Positions 38,318-48,681 of a DNA stretch of 64,000 bases are shown here, in pieces; the stretch's first letter is position 1, and each line of letters starts with the position of its first letter. Under the pieces are notes generated by a model. The model worked only from the letters and a program-made list of their open reading frames with translations. It was not told the DNA's origin and made no database searches. The stretch is from a bacterium (GTDB lineage Bacteria; SAR324; XYD2-FULL-50-16): contig JAVVEA010000009.1 in the NCBI GenBank assembly GCA_032250835.1, forward strand, positions 64,001-128,000. Direction: 5' to 3'. The position numbers and the translations under genes were made by a program.

Positions 38318-39259
38318 TTAAGCGAAAAAGCATTCCGAAACGGCGTGGCCCACTTTGTTGAGCCGGCCTTGGAGTTGGTCGAGGTATTTGTGTAACGAAT
38401 GCTCGAAAATATCTTCGGGTTCCGTATAGTCGATCCCTGAGCGCATTTTGCCGATCAACTTTTCTGGGGCGTTGCTAAAGGCTCCGACCGGGGTGCCGCT
38501 GATGGCGTGCAAGCTATTTTCGGCCCTGGTCAAACAGAAGTGGATGCTGCGGGGGAAGAGCGGATCTAACACTAAAAATTCCACCACCTGCGAAGGGGTG
38601 ATCTGTCGGAAACGCTTTTTATACATCTCCAAAGCGCTGGCCGAATTGAGCAGCGCGCCCCCGATCAACCCTTCAAAGGGACTGATCTTTTGCCCTTTGG
38701 TCTTGGGCATGGCCGCGAAGGACTTGACGTCCAAAATACGGCTGGTCTTATCGGCCCTTTCTAACATCCGCCCAATGTTCAAGAAGTGCCAACTTTGGCT
38801 GCGGCTTTGGGTGCCTTCAATGACGCCCGAGAAGAGGTGCGCCGTCTTGCGGATTTCACCAAAAAAATCGTCCGGCTCCCGCTTCATGCGTGTCGGGGCT
38901 TTGCGGTCGGTAATCAGGTGATAAAAATGGTTCACCGCCTCCCATATCTCTTTGCTGATCGTCTCGCGGATTGAGCGGGCATTCTCGCGGGCGTAGATGG
39001 CGCAGTTGAGGATCGAGTTGTGGTAAGGCTTCGAGAAGGTCAAGAACTGCAAAACATTGGCCTGGTCAATCAGGTCAAATTCCCTCTTGAAGTCCTCTTC
39101 GTCACCGGTCACCGAGATCAGCGGTCCCCAGAGTTCGATCTCTTCTAAAGAAAAGTCGTACATCTGCATTAAATGTACATCCAGCAACCGCGCCGTGTTG
39201 TCGGCACGTTCCATATAGCGGCCCAGCCAATAGACCGATTCGGCAACTCGACTAAGCAT
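38318..39259 (-). CDS. Alpha-E domain protein (DUF403)
   Basis: MLSRVAESVYWLGRYMERADNTARLL, ARENARSIR, GRMLERAD, FPRSI. Confidence 0.93.
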   Translation of the reverse strand: MLSRVAESVYWLGRYMERADNTARLLDVHLMQMYDFSLEEIELWGPLISVTGDEEDFKREFDLIDQANVLQFLTFSKPYHNSILNCAIYARENARSIRETISKEIWEAVNHFYHLITDRKAPTRMKREPDDFFGEIRKTAHLFSGVIEGTQSRSQSWHFLNIGRMLERADKTSRILDVKSFAAMPKTKGQKISPFEGLIGGALLNSASALEMYKKRFRQITPSQVVEFLVLDPLFPRSIHFCLTRAENSLHAISGTPVGAFSNAPEKLIGKMRSGIDYTEPEDIFEHSLHKYLDQLQGRLNKVGHAVSECFFA

Positions 39260-40709
39260 CGCTCCCCTTCGGTTTGCTTGGTTCGATCACCCAGGTGTCT
39301 TTCGAGCCCCCGCCTTGACTGCTATTAACCACCAACGAGCCTTCTTTCAGCGCGACGCGGGTCAAGCCACCGTTGAGCACAAAAATATCCTGACCATAAA
39401 GAATAAAAGGCCGTAGGTCCACATGCCGCCCGGAGAGTTCCCCCTTATCGGTAACCACCGGAGCGCGAGAGAGCGAAACCACCGGCTGGGCTATGTAGTT
39501 CTTCGGGTCCGCCAATAGCTTGGCCTTAAAGGCTTCTCGTTCTTTTTTGCTGGCCTGGGGCCCGATCAGGAGGCCATACCCGCCAGACTCGGCGACAGGC
39601 TTGACAACCAACTTGTCAAGATTTCTGACCACATAATCTAGTTGGATCTTATCGCGGCACAAAAAGGTTTCTACGTTCGATAAAACCGCGTCTTGGTCTA
39701 GATAATATTTGATGATCTGCGGCACATAAGAATAGATCGCCTTGTCGTCGGCCACACCGGTCCCCGGCGCGTTGACCAAGGCCACGTTACCCTTCTTCCA
39801 AGCCCGCATAATGCCCGGCACGCCCAACAAGGAATCGGCCCTGAAGCTTTCGGGGTCCAAAAAGTCATCATCCAATCGGCGGTAGATGCTGTCGACCTGC
39901 TGCAAACCAGCCGTGGTGCGCATGAAGACGCAGTCGTCCTCGACCACTAAGTCGCTCCCCTGGACCAAGTCCACCCCCATCTCCCGCGCCAAAAAGACAT
40001 GTTCAAAGAAGGCCGAGTTGTACATCCCCGGCGTCAGTACCGCCACCGTCGGGCGCTCCTTATGGGGCACTAGATACTCAAGCATATCCAACAAACGCTC
40101 GGGATATTCCTCAACGGCGGCAATCCGACTCGCTCGAAAAACGATAGGGAAGATGCGCTTTAAAATCGCCCGGTTTTCCAGCACATAAGACACCCCCGAA
40201 GGGCAGCGCATGTTGTCTTCTAAAACCAGAAACTCGCCCTGATCGTCACGGACTAAGTCGATTCCAGAGATATGGGTCCAGATGTCGCGAGGCGGGCGGA
40301 TGCCGACCAGCTGCTTATGGTAGGCCTTAGAGCCAAGCACCAAGTCTTTGGGCACCACCTTGTCTTTTAAAATCTTCTGTTCGCCGTAAACATCGGCCAC
40401 AAAAGCGTTGAGAGCCTCAACCCGTTGTTTCAAGCCGATCTGCAACATTTCCCACTCTTTATAGGGAATCATGCGCGGCAGAATATCAAAAGGGATGATG
40501 TCTTCTTGGGTTTCTTCGTTGCTATAAAGCGTGAAGGTGATCCCTGTTTCGAACATGACCGCCTCGGCCGCTTTCTGTCGGTTCAGCAGTTCCCCAGGCT
40601 CCATTTCGTTGATCGTTTTAACGATCTTCCGCGCGTAGGAACGTGGTTTGCCGTCCTCTACAAAAAATTCATCAAAAAAGTTATCGGTTTTGTAGGCGTC
40701 GAATTTCAT
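39252..40709 (-). CDS. Circularly permuted type 2 ATP-grasp protein
   Basis: LEDNMRCPSGVSYVLENR, LTPGMYNSAFFEH, YRRLDDDFLDP, VVNSSQGGGSKDTWV. Confidence 0.95.
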   Translation of the reverse strand: MKFDAYKTDNFFDEFFVEDGKPRSYARKIVKTINEMEPGELLNRQKAAEAVMFETGITFTLYSNEETQEDIIPFDILPRMIPYKEWEMLQIGLKQRVEALNAFVADVYGEQKILKDKVVPKDLVLGSKAYHKQLVGIRPPRDIWTHISGIDLVRDDQGEFLVLEDNMRCPSGVSYVLENRAILKRIFPIVFRASRIAAVEEYPERLLDMLEYLVPHKERPTVAVLTPGMYNSAFFEHVFLAREMGVDLVQGSDLVVEDDCVFMRTTAGLQQVDSIYRRLDDDFLDPESFRADSLLGVPGIMRAWKKGNVALVNAPGTGVADDKAIYSYVPQIIKYYLDQDAVLSNVETFLCRDKIQLDYVVRNLDKLVVKPVAESGGYGLLIGPQASKKEREAFKAKLLADPKNYIAQPVVSLSRAPVVTDKGELSGRHVDLRPFILYGQDIFVLNGGLTRVALKEGSLVVNSSQGGGSKDTWVIEPSKPKGSDA

Positions 40710-41044
40710 GGGCCCTCCTGGATATGATCATATGAAGGATCGGGCGGATTTGCAAAGTAAAATGGTGGGGTTGCCAAATCTGCAAAGCAGACCGAACCAA
40801 GTCCAGAGGTTGAGGCCTGTCTCTAAAAACCGCAACAGCCCGCAAAAGCAACGGGGCGCAGAGAAAAAAGATCGTAAAAATAGGTGACTAAAACATAGGT
40901 GGCCCCTGTTTTGGTCCCATAAGCCACGCCAACCCCTCAAATGATCCTAAAATTAGCTACGGGGTCGCTTAGCCAGCGCCCCAAAGGAGCCCCTTTCGGA
41001 CCCCAGCAGCCAGAGGTATATCCACCTCCCAAAGGCCCAAAGAA

Positions 41045-41806
41045 TCAACCAAGCAGCAAGCCCTTGGTCATAGCGGTAGCCACCGCCTGGGCCTGAGTAT
41101 TGGCACCAAGCCGGGAGAAAGCTTGGTTCAGGTGGTACTTTACGGTGCTTTCTTTGATTTGCAGCCGACGCGCAATCTGTGGCTTGCTAAACCCTTCTTT
41201 AATCAGCTCCAATACCTTGACCTGCTGGGGCGTGAGCAGGCAACTGCGCTCCTTGGCCCGGATACTGACGAGGGCCAAATAGATATAGGGGGCGACCGCA
41301 GAAAGCAAAATTCGGGACTCTTCGAGGTCCGGATTTTCGAAGCCCGCCACAGAAAAGAGCAAGTCGCAGCGGTCTGGTGCTACTTTAAACCCAATGCTCA
41401 TACCTTCTTGAAGCATCTTATACTTTTTTAACGAGGCGATGAACTGCTGTTGTTTTTTTAGCAACTCAGGCTCGGAGCGTTTTTCAATCTCCGCGAAGGT
41501 ACTCGGCCAATATTGGAATTGCCCCAAGGTTTCTTTGTTGAAGTTACGTAAAATAACCGGATCAACACACGCGAAGCCTTTGGTAAAATATTCCAACTGC
41601 CATAGCTTAGGGAAGTCGTTGAGATTATAATAATCTTTTATTTCTTTACCCTGGTTTAAGTTAACCAGCAAAGCGGACCAAGTAGTGAATTCTATGGATT
41701 CATTCAGTAATTTTATCATCCCCACAAAATCAGCCCTAGAGCGGCACTGATTGGCCAAAGCGATGAATTCTCCGAGTTTAGCCCATAGGTCGAGCGAACC
41801 TTTCAT
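41045..41806 (-). CDS. LuxR-family regulator with autoinducer-binding domain (solo)
   Basis: WQLEY, VDPV, YW and EG ligand-pocket residues; C-terminal HTH LTPQQVKVL..G..IA..L.IKESTVKYHL. Confidence 0.85.
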   Translation of the reverse strand: MKGSLDLWAKLGEFIALANQCRSRADFVGMIKLLNESIEFTTWSALLVNLNQGKEIKDYYNLNDFPKLWQLEYFTKGFACVDPVILRNFNKETLGQFQYWPSTFAEIEKRSEPELLKKQQQFIASLKKYKMLQEGMSIGFKVAPDRCDLLFSVAGFENPDLEESRILLSAVAPYIYLALVSIRAKERSCLLTPQQVKVLELIKEGFSKPQIARRLQIKESTVKYHLNQAFSRLGANTQAQAVATAMTKGLLLG

Positions 41807-42085
41807 TGCATTTACCTAAAATTACATAAATTGATTTGCCCCAATCCGCAGCCTGGAGCTCTTGCTATTTCAGCAAGACTTACCCCAAAAGGAGTCGATA
41901 AGCAAATAAAAATCCCATTATATCACAGAACTAAACTTTATAGCAGCTTGGCAGCTTTTATTGCTATCTAGGTTTGAATCCTTTTGTGCTGGCCCCAACT
42001 CTGCTTTTGGGGGTACCGAACTCTGAAGCTTTATGGCATGCTGCCCTCCAACTGAGCCTGCCTGCCCAACCCCTTTTGCCAGCCC

Positions 42086-44026
42086 ATGCGCTCCAGTTCC
42101 AAAGCCCTTTTTGCCTTCTCTTGGTTCGCGGTGCTCGGCGTTGGCGGGTCTGCCTTGGCCCCCGATCTAGCTGGACAATGGACCGAGTGGCCGAGCATTG
42201 GGGCCAACCTGGGCCTGCGCCTTTGGGCGTTTTCCCTGGCGATTGCCTGGGTATTTGCGCTGATCGGCTGGGGGTGCTGGGCGGGGCGGGGATGGCTGTT
42301 GCCCTTTGGGAGCGGTTGGTTGGGCCTAGTGGTCCGGGCCTATCTGGGTTTAGCGGTTTGGGGTGCCCTCTGGTCTGCCTTAGGATTATTTCAGTGGATC
42401 CATCCGGCAACCGCCTGGGGGAGTTTACTGGTCGGCTGGTTGGGGCTGCTGGGTCCTTCGAAGGAACCGGTCCAGTCCGGTCGAACGCGCCTGAGCCATA
42501 GCGCGGCAATAGTTGGGGGGTTGTTGGTATTGGCTCTGTGGTTGCGCCTCTTGGCGGCCCTTAGCTTTCATGGCTTCGGTGACCCGCTCTATTATGGCCT
42601 CCCCTCGGGGCGCGATTACTTCGCTGCCGGGGGATTTTTGTGGCTTGAACATGCGGAGTTTTACGCCCACGCAGGCTTAGCCGAAGTCCATTTAATCCCC
42701 TTACAAGTGTTGGCCCGGCATCCGGCGATGCTGCAACTGACCGCCCAAACGATCTTTTTCTTGCTCGGCCCCTTGAGCTTGGTGGGGCTTAGCCTGCGCT
42801 ATTTTGCTCCCTGGGGCAAAACCTTCGCCTTGCTGGCGGCTTTAGCGACGGTTTTTTATTCCCACCTACGGTTAGAATCCCTAATCGCCAAGCCGGACTA
42901 CCTATTGGGGAACCTCTGTTTGCTGCTGCTGTTGACGCTCCAGATAGGCCGCGAGCAACAACGCCCCGCTTGGGGTTGGTTTTGGGCGATTCTCTGGGGG
43001 GCGCTGGCGCTGGCCATCAAACCCACGGCGGTTTTAGCCATAGGCCCCTTAGGTTTGAGCTTTCTGATCTTTCGGCGACTCGAACTGTATGAAAGCGCAA
43101 AGGCAATATTTTGGGCCCTATTGTTGGCCCTGGGTTTGTTGGCTTTGGCCTATGGCAAAAACCTGATGATCTATGGCAATCCGGTCTTCCCCTTGGCCCA
43201 AAAATGGTTCCACTCCCCCTATTGGGATGATCTCGGGACCCAGCGGATGCAGATTCTTTTCCACCTGCAACCGGGCAGTCCGCTGGACTACCTATCACGT
43301 TTGGGCCGCTTGATTGCCGGGGACCCCTCGGTCCTTTTGGTGCTCGCGTTGGCCGGGGGTCTTTGGCTCAAAAACCGCGATGCGGTGGATTGGCCTTTGG
43401 AATGGAAGGAGTTGGGCTTGGCGACCCTGCTGGGTTTGGCCGGTTGGGTCGCCGCCTTTGGCCCTGAGGTGTTCACCCGTTTTTTGATCGGCCCCTTGCG
43501 TCTGGGCGAGTGGTGGTTGTGGCTGAGCGCAGCCAGCCTGCTCCAAGCGCAGGCCCTAAGACAGCGCCAAGGTTGGAAAAACTGGGCTTGGTTGCTAGCG
43601 TTAGGGAGCTTGGCGGTTAGTGACGCTACCGTGGACCTCAACCAAGCTAGCCGTTGGTTTAACGGCCAGAGCTTCCACCAAAATCAACGAGCGGACAGTC
43701 CGCTGGTTCAGCTTTTAGACCACCTCAACCAGCAGGTAGGCCCGGACGATCAGGTTTTATTTTACAACGCCAACGAGCGGCTTTACGCGCAGTTTAAGAT
43801 GACCGGTGCCCGCTCCTATAGCCCCAGGACTCGCTGGGTCTATTCGGAGCAAGAAGCTGAGGTAATGCAGGGTTTAAAGGAACTTAAAGCCAAGTACTTT
43901 GTGATCGAAAACCTGAGGCTCGACTCAAGCGAAGGCTTGATGGCCCAGCGGGCTTTTTTGGAGCGGCACCTGATCTTTGCCGGTGAAGTGGCGGGCTTTA
44001 GTCTCTTTTTGGTGCCTAGAAGCTAG
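42086..44026 (+). CDS. Polytopic membrane protein, probable GT-C fold glycosyltransferase
   Basis: Many TM helices; DPLYY, KPD, IKPT, NLMIYGNPVFP; soluble C-terminal domain. Confidence 0.6.
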   Translation: MRSSSKALFAFSWFAVLGVGGSALAPDLAGQWTEWPSIGANLGLRLWAFSLAIAWVFALIGWGCWAGRGWLLPFGSGWLGLVVRAYLGLAVWGALWSALGLFQWIHPATAWGSLLVGWLGLLGPSKEPVQSGRTRLSHSAAIVGGLLVLALWLRLLAALSFHGFGDPLYYGLPSGRDYFAAGGFLWLEHAEFYAHAGLAEVHLIPLQVLARHPAMLQLTAQTIFFLLGPLSLVGLSLRYFAPWGKTFALLAALATVFYSHLRLESLIAKPDYLLGNLCLLLLLTLQIGREQQRPAWGWFWAILWGALALAIKPTAVLAIGPLGLSFLIFRRLELYESAKAIFWALLLALGLLALAYGKNLMIYGNPVFPLAQKWFHSPYWDDLGTQRMQILFHLQPGSPLDYLSRLGRLIAGDPSVLLVLALAGGLWLKNRDAVDWPLEWKELGLATLLGLAGWVAAFGPEVFTRFLIGPLRLGEWWLWLSAASLLQAQALRQRQGWKNWAWLLALGSLAVSDATVDLNQASRWFNGQSFHQNQRADSPLVQLLDHLNQQVGPDDQVLFYNANERLYAQFKMTGARSYSPRTRWVYSEQEAEVMQGLKELKAKYFVIENLRLDSSEGLMAQRAFLERHLIFAGEVAGFSLFLVPRS

Positions 44027-45600
44027 GGTTCCTCTAGTCGTTTAAAGACGAGCAAGGGCTCAAAGCCCTCTATTGATTCGAAGCGATCCGACGCCTCCAA
44101 GGCCCGCAAGCAGGTCGGCAAATCAGCGATACCATAGCTACTCACCGCCGGGCTAAGCAAGAGGTACTCAGGTTCCCAATCGGGCGCGATGGGGTATTTA
44201 AACTTCTGATCGCAGGGGGCCTCTGGGTATTGTCGAAATACTTGGATATTTCGCTGTTCTATGTGGGGTCCCAAATCATCTTGCACCGCCAGCCGGGGAT
44301 GGCCATAGGTCTCGGTGAATTTTTGGATTTGTTCGGTCAGGGCCCACTGCTGCGCACTGGGCCAGTCATGCTGTATCCGGCGCAAGCTGCTCTGGGGCCA
44401 TTGGACGATAAACAGCGCCAACAACAAAGGCGGTAAAAAACGGCGGAGTCTTAAGGACAGTTGGCCCCACCGCTGTAAAATCATCTCCCGCCGATCCCGC
44501 CAGATCAACAAACTAGCCACCAGCAGCAAAGTCGCGCCCAGATCGTCGTAATGATAGTGGCTTGAGTACATCGTCGGCAGGCGCGAAACCAGATTCACGC
44601 CCACAGCGGGCATAAACAGCAGAGCACGCCGCCAGTCAAAGAGCGGCAAGAACCCGACCGGCACCAACAACCAAAAAAGATACCAGGCCTTAGGCAACAA
44701 ATCCGCAAAGGGCCCCACCCGCTCCAAGCCGCTCCAAGGGGGCAATCCCAGCCTAAAATAGGGCATCGCCACAAACATAATCAAATAAATCGCCAACACC
44801 CCACCCAAGGCCAAGCCGAGGCCCAAAACACGCCGGTCTTCCTTCATAAAAAACATGGCCCCCAGACCGATCCAGAGGGCCCCCATATGTTCCTTAAACC
44901 CCAAGACAAAAACCAGACACAACCAAAACCCCAACCAGCGCCGCTGCAACCAAAACAAAATGGCCAACAAAACAAAGGGGGGCGCTAAGTTGGAGGGTTG
45001 GAATTGGTATTCTAAGGCCGAAACCAGGGGGTTGTAAAATAGTACCCAGTAACTGGCGACCACCAGCGCCGTGGCTTTCGGGTGGGGTAGTTCCAAGGCG
45101 CAGATGATCCGGTAAAAAATCAAGGGGCAGACCAAAAAGGCGGCCCCTTTGGCCAACATCAGCCAATGGATGCTGGGGGTGATCAGGTACAACAGGCTCA
45201 AGAGCCCAAAGGATGGGGTGAAGTGGTCGGCTAAAAAATGGACGCCATAATAGGAAAGTAGCGGTTCGCCTTGGGAGAGATTATATAAGATATTGCTGTG
45301 TAGCCCAGCGTCAAAAACCGAAACTTGAAAAGAATAATACCGGATGAGGATCAACAAAATCCACAGAAGCGCCTGAACCACCATCAGGACCGTCAGGCCT
45401 CGTTGGACTTTAGGTCGGCTTATCCACCGGCCGATAGAACCGGCCCAAGCCGCCGCCCAGGCGGGACGAAAGGCCAAGCTCAAAACCAAGACCAGCGCCG
45501 GAACTTTAAACAGTTCGCTCCCCCAAGGCCAAGCAAACCACAAAGCCAGGGTCAGACCGGTGAGCGACCATAAAAAACGAAGTCCCGAGGATTGCTGCAT
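44023..45600 (-). CDS. DUF2079-like membrane protein (putative GT-C)
   Basis: FDAG, LADHFTP, FQP, KEH, HYHY. Start set at ATG 45600. Confidence 0.75.
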   Translation of the reverse strand: MQQSSGLRFLWSLTGLTLALWFAWPWGSELFKVPALVLVLSLAFRPAWAAAWAGSIGRWISRPKVQRGLTVLMVVQALLWILLILIRYYSFQVSVFDAGLHSNILYNLSQGEPLLSYYGVHFLADHFTPSFGLLSLLYLITPSIHWLMLAKGAAFLVCPLIFYRIICALELPHPKATALVVASYWVLFYNPLVSALEYQFQPSNLAPPFVLLAILFWLQRRWLGFWLCLVFVLGFKEHMGALWIGLGAMFFMKEDRRVLGLGLALGGVLAIYLIMFVAMPYFRLGLPPWSGLERVGPFADLLPKAWYLFWLLVPVGFLPLFDWRRALLFMPAVGVNLVSRLPTMYSSHYHYDDLGATLLLVASLLIWRDRREMILQRWGQLSLRLRRFLPPLLLALFIVQWPQSSLRRIQHDWPSAQQWALTEQIQKFTETYGHPRLAVQDDLGPHIEQRNIQVFRQYPEAPCDQKFKYPIAPDWEPEYLLLSPAVSSYGIADLPTCLRALEASDRFESIEGFEPLLVFKRLEEP

Positions 45601-45933
45601 GACGTCCAGTAAAAATGGATTTACCCCACACCGGCAACGGCACCCTGGGATTTGTCCTAGAGAATAAGAACTTGGGCGGCGGCTGTAAAGCTTTGAGCGC
45701 AAAATGATCCCGCTGGGCCGTCACTTCCCCGCCGGGCGGCCTAAAGATCTCTTTATTTTATTAACTTATCAGGCCCATTAAGAAGCTAAATCGGCATTTT
45801 AAATCGAAGGGGCCTGAAGGCTCTGCCTTGATCGGCCCCAGCCTAACGGCGATTATAATGAGTCCAAAACCCACCCCTTGTTAGGCCTCTCTTTTAGCTT
45901 CAAGCCTTTCTATTTCTGCTGAATTCATCTAAA

Positions 45934-48378
45934 ATGGGGGGAAAAATTGCGGTTCTTGAAACCTTGAGACCCAAATTCAGCTTGAAACCAGCCTTTATTT
46001 TTCTATTCTGCTGGACCCTTGGGGTTACAACCGGCTGGGCTCAAGGAATTTTGCTTCAGGACGGGCAAGACCAATATAACCTGTCTTCAAATATTTGGCT
46101 CTTTGAAGACGCCCATGGGCAGTATGATATCCAAGCCGTCAGCGCGCCCGAAGCCCAAGCCAGATTCCACCGGATTGACGAGCCCCGCCTGCGGTTGATT
46201 GATTCGGACGCCCACTACTGGCTCCGGCTCACCGTAACCAACCAGTCAGACCGCCAACATTGGTACTTGACCAGCCTCTATCCTTGGTTGAACTGGTTTG
46301 ATCTATACCAAAAGGACGCCGCAGGGCAGTGGCACAAGCAGCCCGGCGGCCAGTGGCTTGAACGCCACCTATGGCCCGTCAACCACCGCCTGCCGGTCCA
46401 TCCCCTGCTCATCAAACCAGGGCAAAGCGAAACCTATTACCTGTATATTTATGGCTCCACCCTAGAGCTTTGGCTTCAGATCGAAACACCCGCCGCCTTG
46501 GCCCGGCGCGAACAAAACCAATGGCTGGGCAATTTTCTTTACGCTGGACTGGCCCTAGGCTTGGCTTTTTACAATCTTTTCTTAGCCCTGTCGCTCCGTT
46601 CAAAAACCTACTTTTATTATTCTGTTTTTGTCTTATTTTTCGCCTGGGGCAATGTCCAATATTCCGGCCTGCTCTACCCCCTGCTCGGCCACTGGCCCAG
46701 GTTCCATATGTATGCCGACCTGTTGGCCTGGTCTCTGGCTTCTTGGTGGGCCATCCACTTTTCCCTTAACTTCCTAAGCGCCTCAAAGACCTACCCCAAA
46801 CTAGACTTAGGGATGAAGGTTTGGGCTGGGTTGATCTTGCTCTTACCCCTAGGCAACTACTGGCAATCCCTAGCTTTTTACTACCAAGCCTTTAACTACG
46901 CCTTTTTAAGCGGCGTGGTGGTCTTGTATTTCTTAGGGATTCAGGCTTACCGCAAAGGATACCGCGAGGCGCGGTTTTACCTGATCGGTTGGGGCATGTT
47001 GTATCTGGCGGCGGGGCTTTCCATCGGCAAGTCTATGAACTGGCTGCCCCAGTGGGAGGTTTTTGATTGGTCGCGGCAGGTCGGCAGCGCCTTAGAGATT
47101 CTGTTCCTCGCCATGGCCCTAGCGGACCGGTTTAACTTGCTCCAAAAGCAAAACCTCAAATTACAACAAGAAGTCGCCGAAGGGTTACAAGCCGAAGTGG
47201 CGGCGCGAACCGAAGAACTTCAAGACCAAAACCGCCAGCTGCTTTGGGCCCAACAGCGCGCCGAAAAGGCGATTTTGACCAAAGACAAGTTCTTTTCGAT
47301 CATCAGCCACGACCTGCGCGGCCCCATGGGCAGCCTAGCGATCATCCTCAACGAAGTGGTGGAAACGCCCCAGGACATTGACCAGGAATTACTCGAGGGG
47401 ATGCAACAAACCTCAGGCAATCTCTACCAATTACTGAATCAGTTGCTAGATTGGTCCCACAGCCAACAGGGGAGCTTGCATCTAGAACCGCAGCCCTTCT
47501 CGTTGTTAGATGCGGCCTCAGAGGTCAAGCAGACCCTACAAAGCCAACTAAAGCTCAAAAAACAGCATTTAACCCTCGACCTGCCACGGGAATTATGTGT
47601 CTTCGCCGACCGCCCCACCATCACCACCGTGCTGCGCAACCTTTTAAGCAACGCCGTTAAGTTCACCCCCTTGGGCGGTCAAATCCAACTGAAAGCCTGG
47701 CCGCAAAAAGAGACCTTGAGGGTAGAAATTATTGATAATGGAGAGGGCATGAGCCCCGAAACCTGTGAGCGGCTCTTTAAAATCGACGAGCGGATCGAAA
47801 GTTCGCCGGGCACCTCGCAAGAACGCGGCACCGGCCTAGGGCTGATTTTATGTGCCGAGTTCATCCACGCCAATGAAGGGCAGATTGGGGTGGACTCGAC
47901 CTTAGGCGAAGGGAGCCGGTTTTGGTTTACCCTGCCTTTAGGCGAGACACCAGCGGAAGCGGCGTTTAAAAAAATTGAGGCCACCCAGTGGAAAGGACTG
48001 AAGATCTTGGTCGTCGAAGACAACCCGCTACACCAGCAAACCAGCGCCAAAGCGCTCAGCCAACTAGGCCTTAGCTTCCAACTGGCCAGCGACGGAAGCG
48101 ACGCCTTGGATTGGCTTGGGCGCGAAGACTTTGACTTGGTCTTGATGGATATCGACTTACCGGTGCTGAATGGCTTTGAGTCTACCGCCAAGATCCGCCA
48201 GCTATATGGCGAGCCATTGGCCGTCGTTAGTTTGTCTTCTTACTCTAAACAAGAAATCCAGGAAGCTCAGGCCGACGAGATTTTTGCTGACTATTTAAAC
48301 AAGCCCCTAGATGCCGGGCAGTTGGTCCCCCTGTTGGAACGGCTGGTCAGAAACCGCAAGATTCGGGCAGAGGGATAA
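45934..48378 (+). CDS. Hybrid histidine kinase: 7TMR-DISM extracellular + 7TM, HisKA, HATPase, REC
   Basis: YWLRLTV, YNLFL...YFYY, ALADR, SHDLRGP, NAVKFT, GTGLGL, VEDN/MDIDLP/NKP. Confidence 0.92.
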   Translation: MGGKIAVLETLRPKFSLKPAFIFLFCWTLGVTTGWAQGILLQDGQDQYNLSSNIWLFEDAHGQYDIQAVSAPEAQARFHRIDEPRLRLIDSDAHYWLRLTVTNQSDRQHWYLTSLYPWLNWFDLYQKDAAGQWHKQPGGQWLERHLWPVNHRLPVHPLLIKPGQSETYYLYIYGSTLELWLQIETPAALARREQNQWLGNFLYAGLALGLAFYNLFLALSLRSKTYFYYSVFVLFFAWGNVQYSGLLYPLLGHWPRFHMYADLLAWSLASWWAIHFSLNFLSASKTYPKLDLGMKVWAGLILLLPLGNYWQSLAFYYQAFNYAFLSGVVVLYFLGIQAYRKGYREARFYLIGWGMLYLAAGLSIGKSMNWLPQWEVFDWSRQVGSALEILFLAMALADRFNLLQKQNLKLQQEVAEGLQAEVAARTEELQDQNRQLLWAQQRAEKAILTKDKFFSIISHDLRGPMGSLAIILNEVVETPQDIDQELLEGMQQTSGNLYQLLNQLLDWSHSQQGSLHLEPQPFSLLDAASEVKQTLQSQLKLKKQHLTLDLPRELCVFADRPTITTVLRNLLSNAVKFTPLGGQIQLKAWPQKETLRVEIIDNGEGMSPETCERLFKIDERIESSPGTSQERGTGLGLILCAEFIHANEGQIGVDSTLGEGSRFWFTLPLGETPAEAAFKKIEATQWKGLKILVVEDNPLHQQTSAKALSQLGLSFQLASDGSDALDWLGREDFDLVLMDIDLPVLNGFESTAKIRQLYGEPLAVVSLSSYSKQEIQEAQADEIFADYLNKPLDAGQLVPLLERLVRNRKIRAEG

Positions 48379-48419
48379 AAAAAGCCCGCCTGAAACCCCA
48401 TAGATTCCAAGCGGGCTTT
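48377..48419 (-). terminator. Rho-independent terminator of the tail operon
   Basis: Minus strand aaagcccgc...gcgggc followed by T7, just downstream of the last tail-cluster gene. Confidence 0.7.
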
Positions 48420-48432
48420 GCGCTCTGAAGGG

Positions 48433-48678
48433 CTAACCGCCCTTCATCTGCGCCAACTGTTCTTGTTTTAAGCGCTCCTCTTGGGCTAACTGGACCGCTA
48501 ATTCCCGCTCCTTAGAAAAGCGGACCTCCCCATTGACCACAAACTCGACCCGCTCGCCGGATTCCAAGACCAGCCAACGCAGCCCGCAGGCCTCAACCAG
48601 CCCGTCTGCGACCACCTGGCGGTATTTTTTGCGCAAGCCCCAGCGGGGGGCATACACCACTTGATAGGTTGTTTTCAT
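48433..48678 (-). CDS. Small hypothetical protein, last gene of the tail operon
   Basis: 81 aa, starts 3 nt after the previous stop codon; no TM segment. Confidence 0.6.
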   Translation of the reverse strand: MKTTYQVVYAPRWGLRKKYRQVVADGLVEACGLRWLVLESGERVEFVVNGEVRFSKERELAVQLAQEERLKQEQLAQMKGG

Positions 48679-48681
48679 CGC

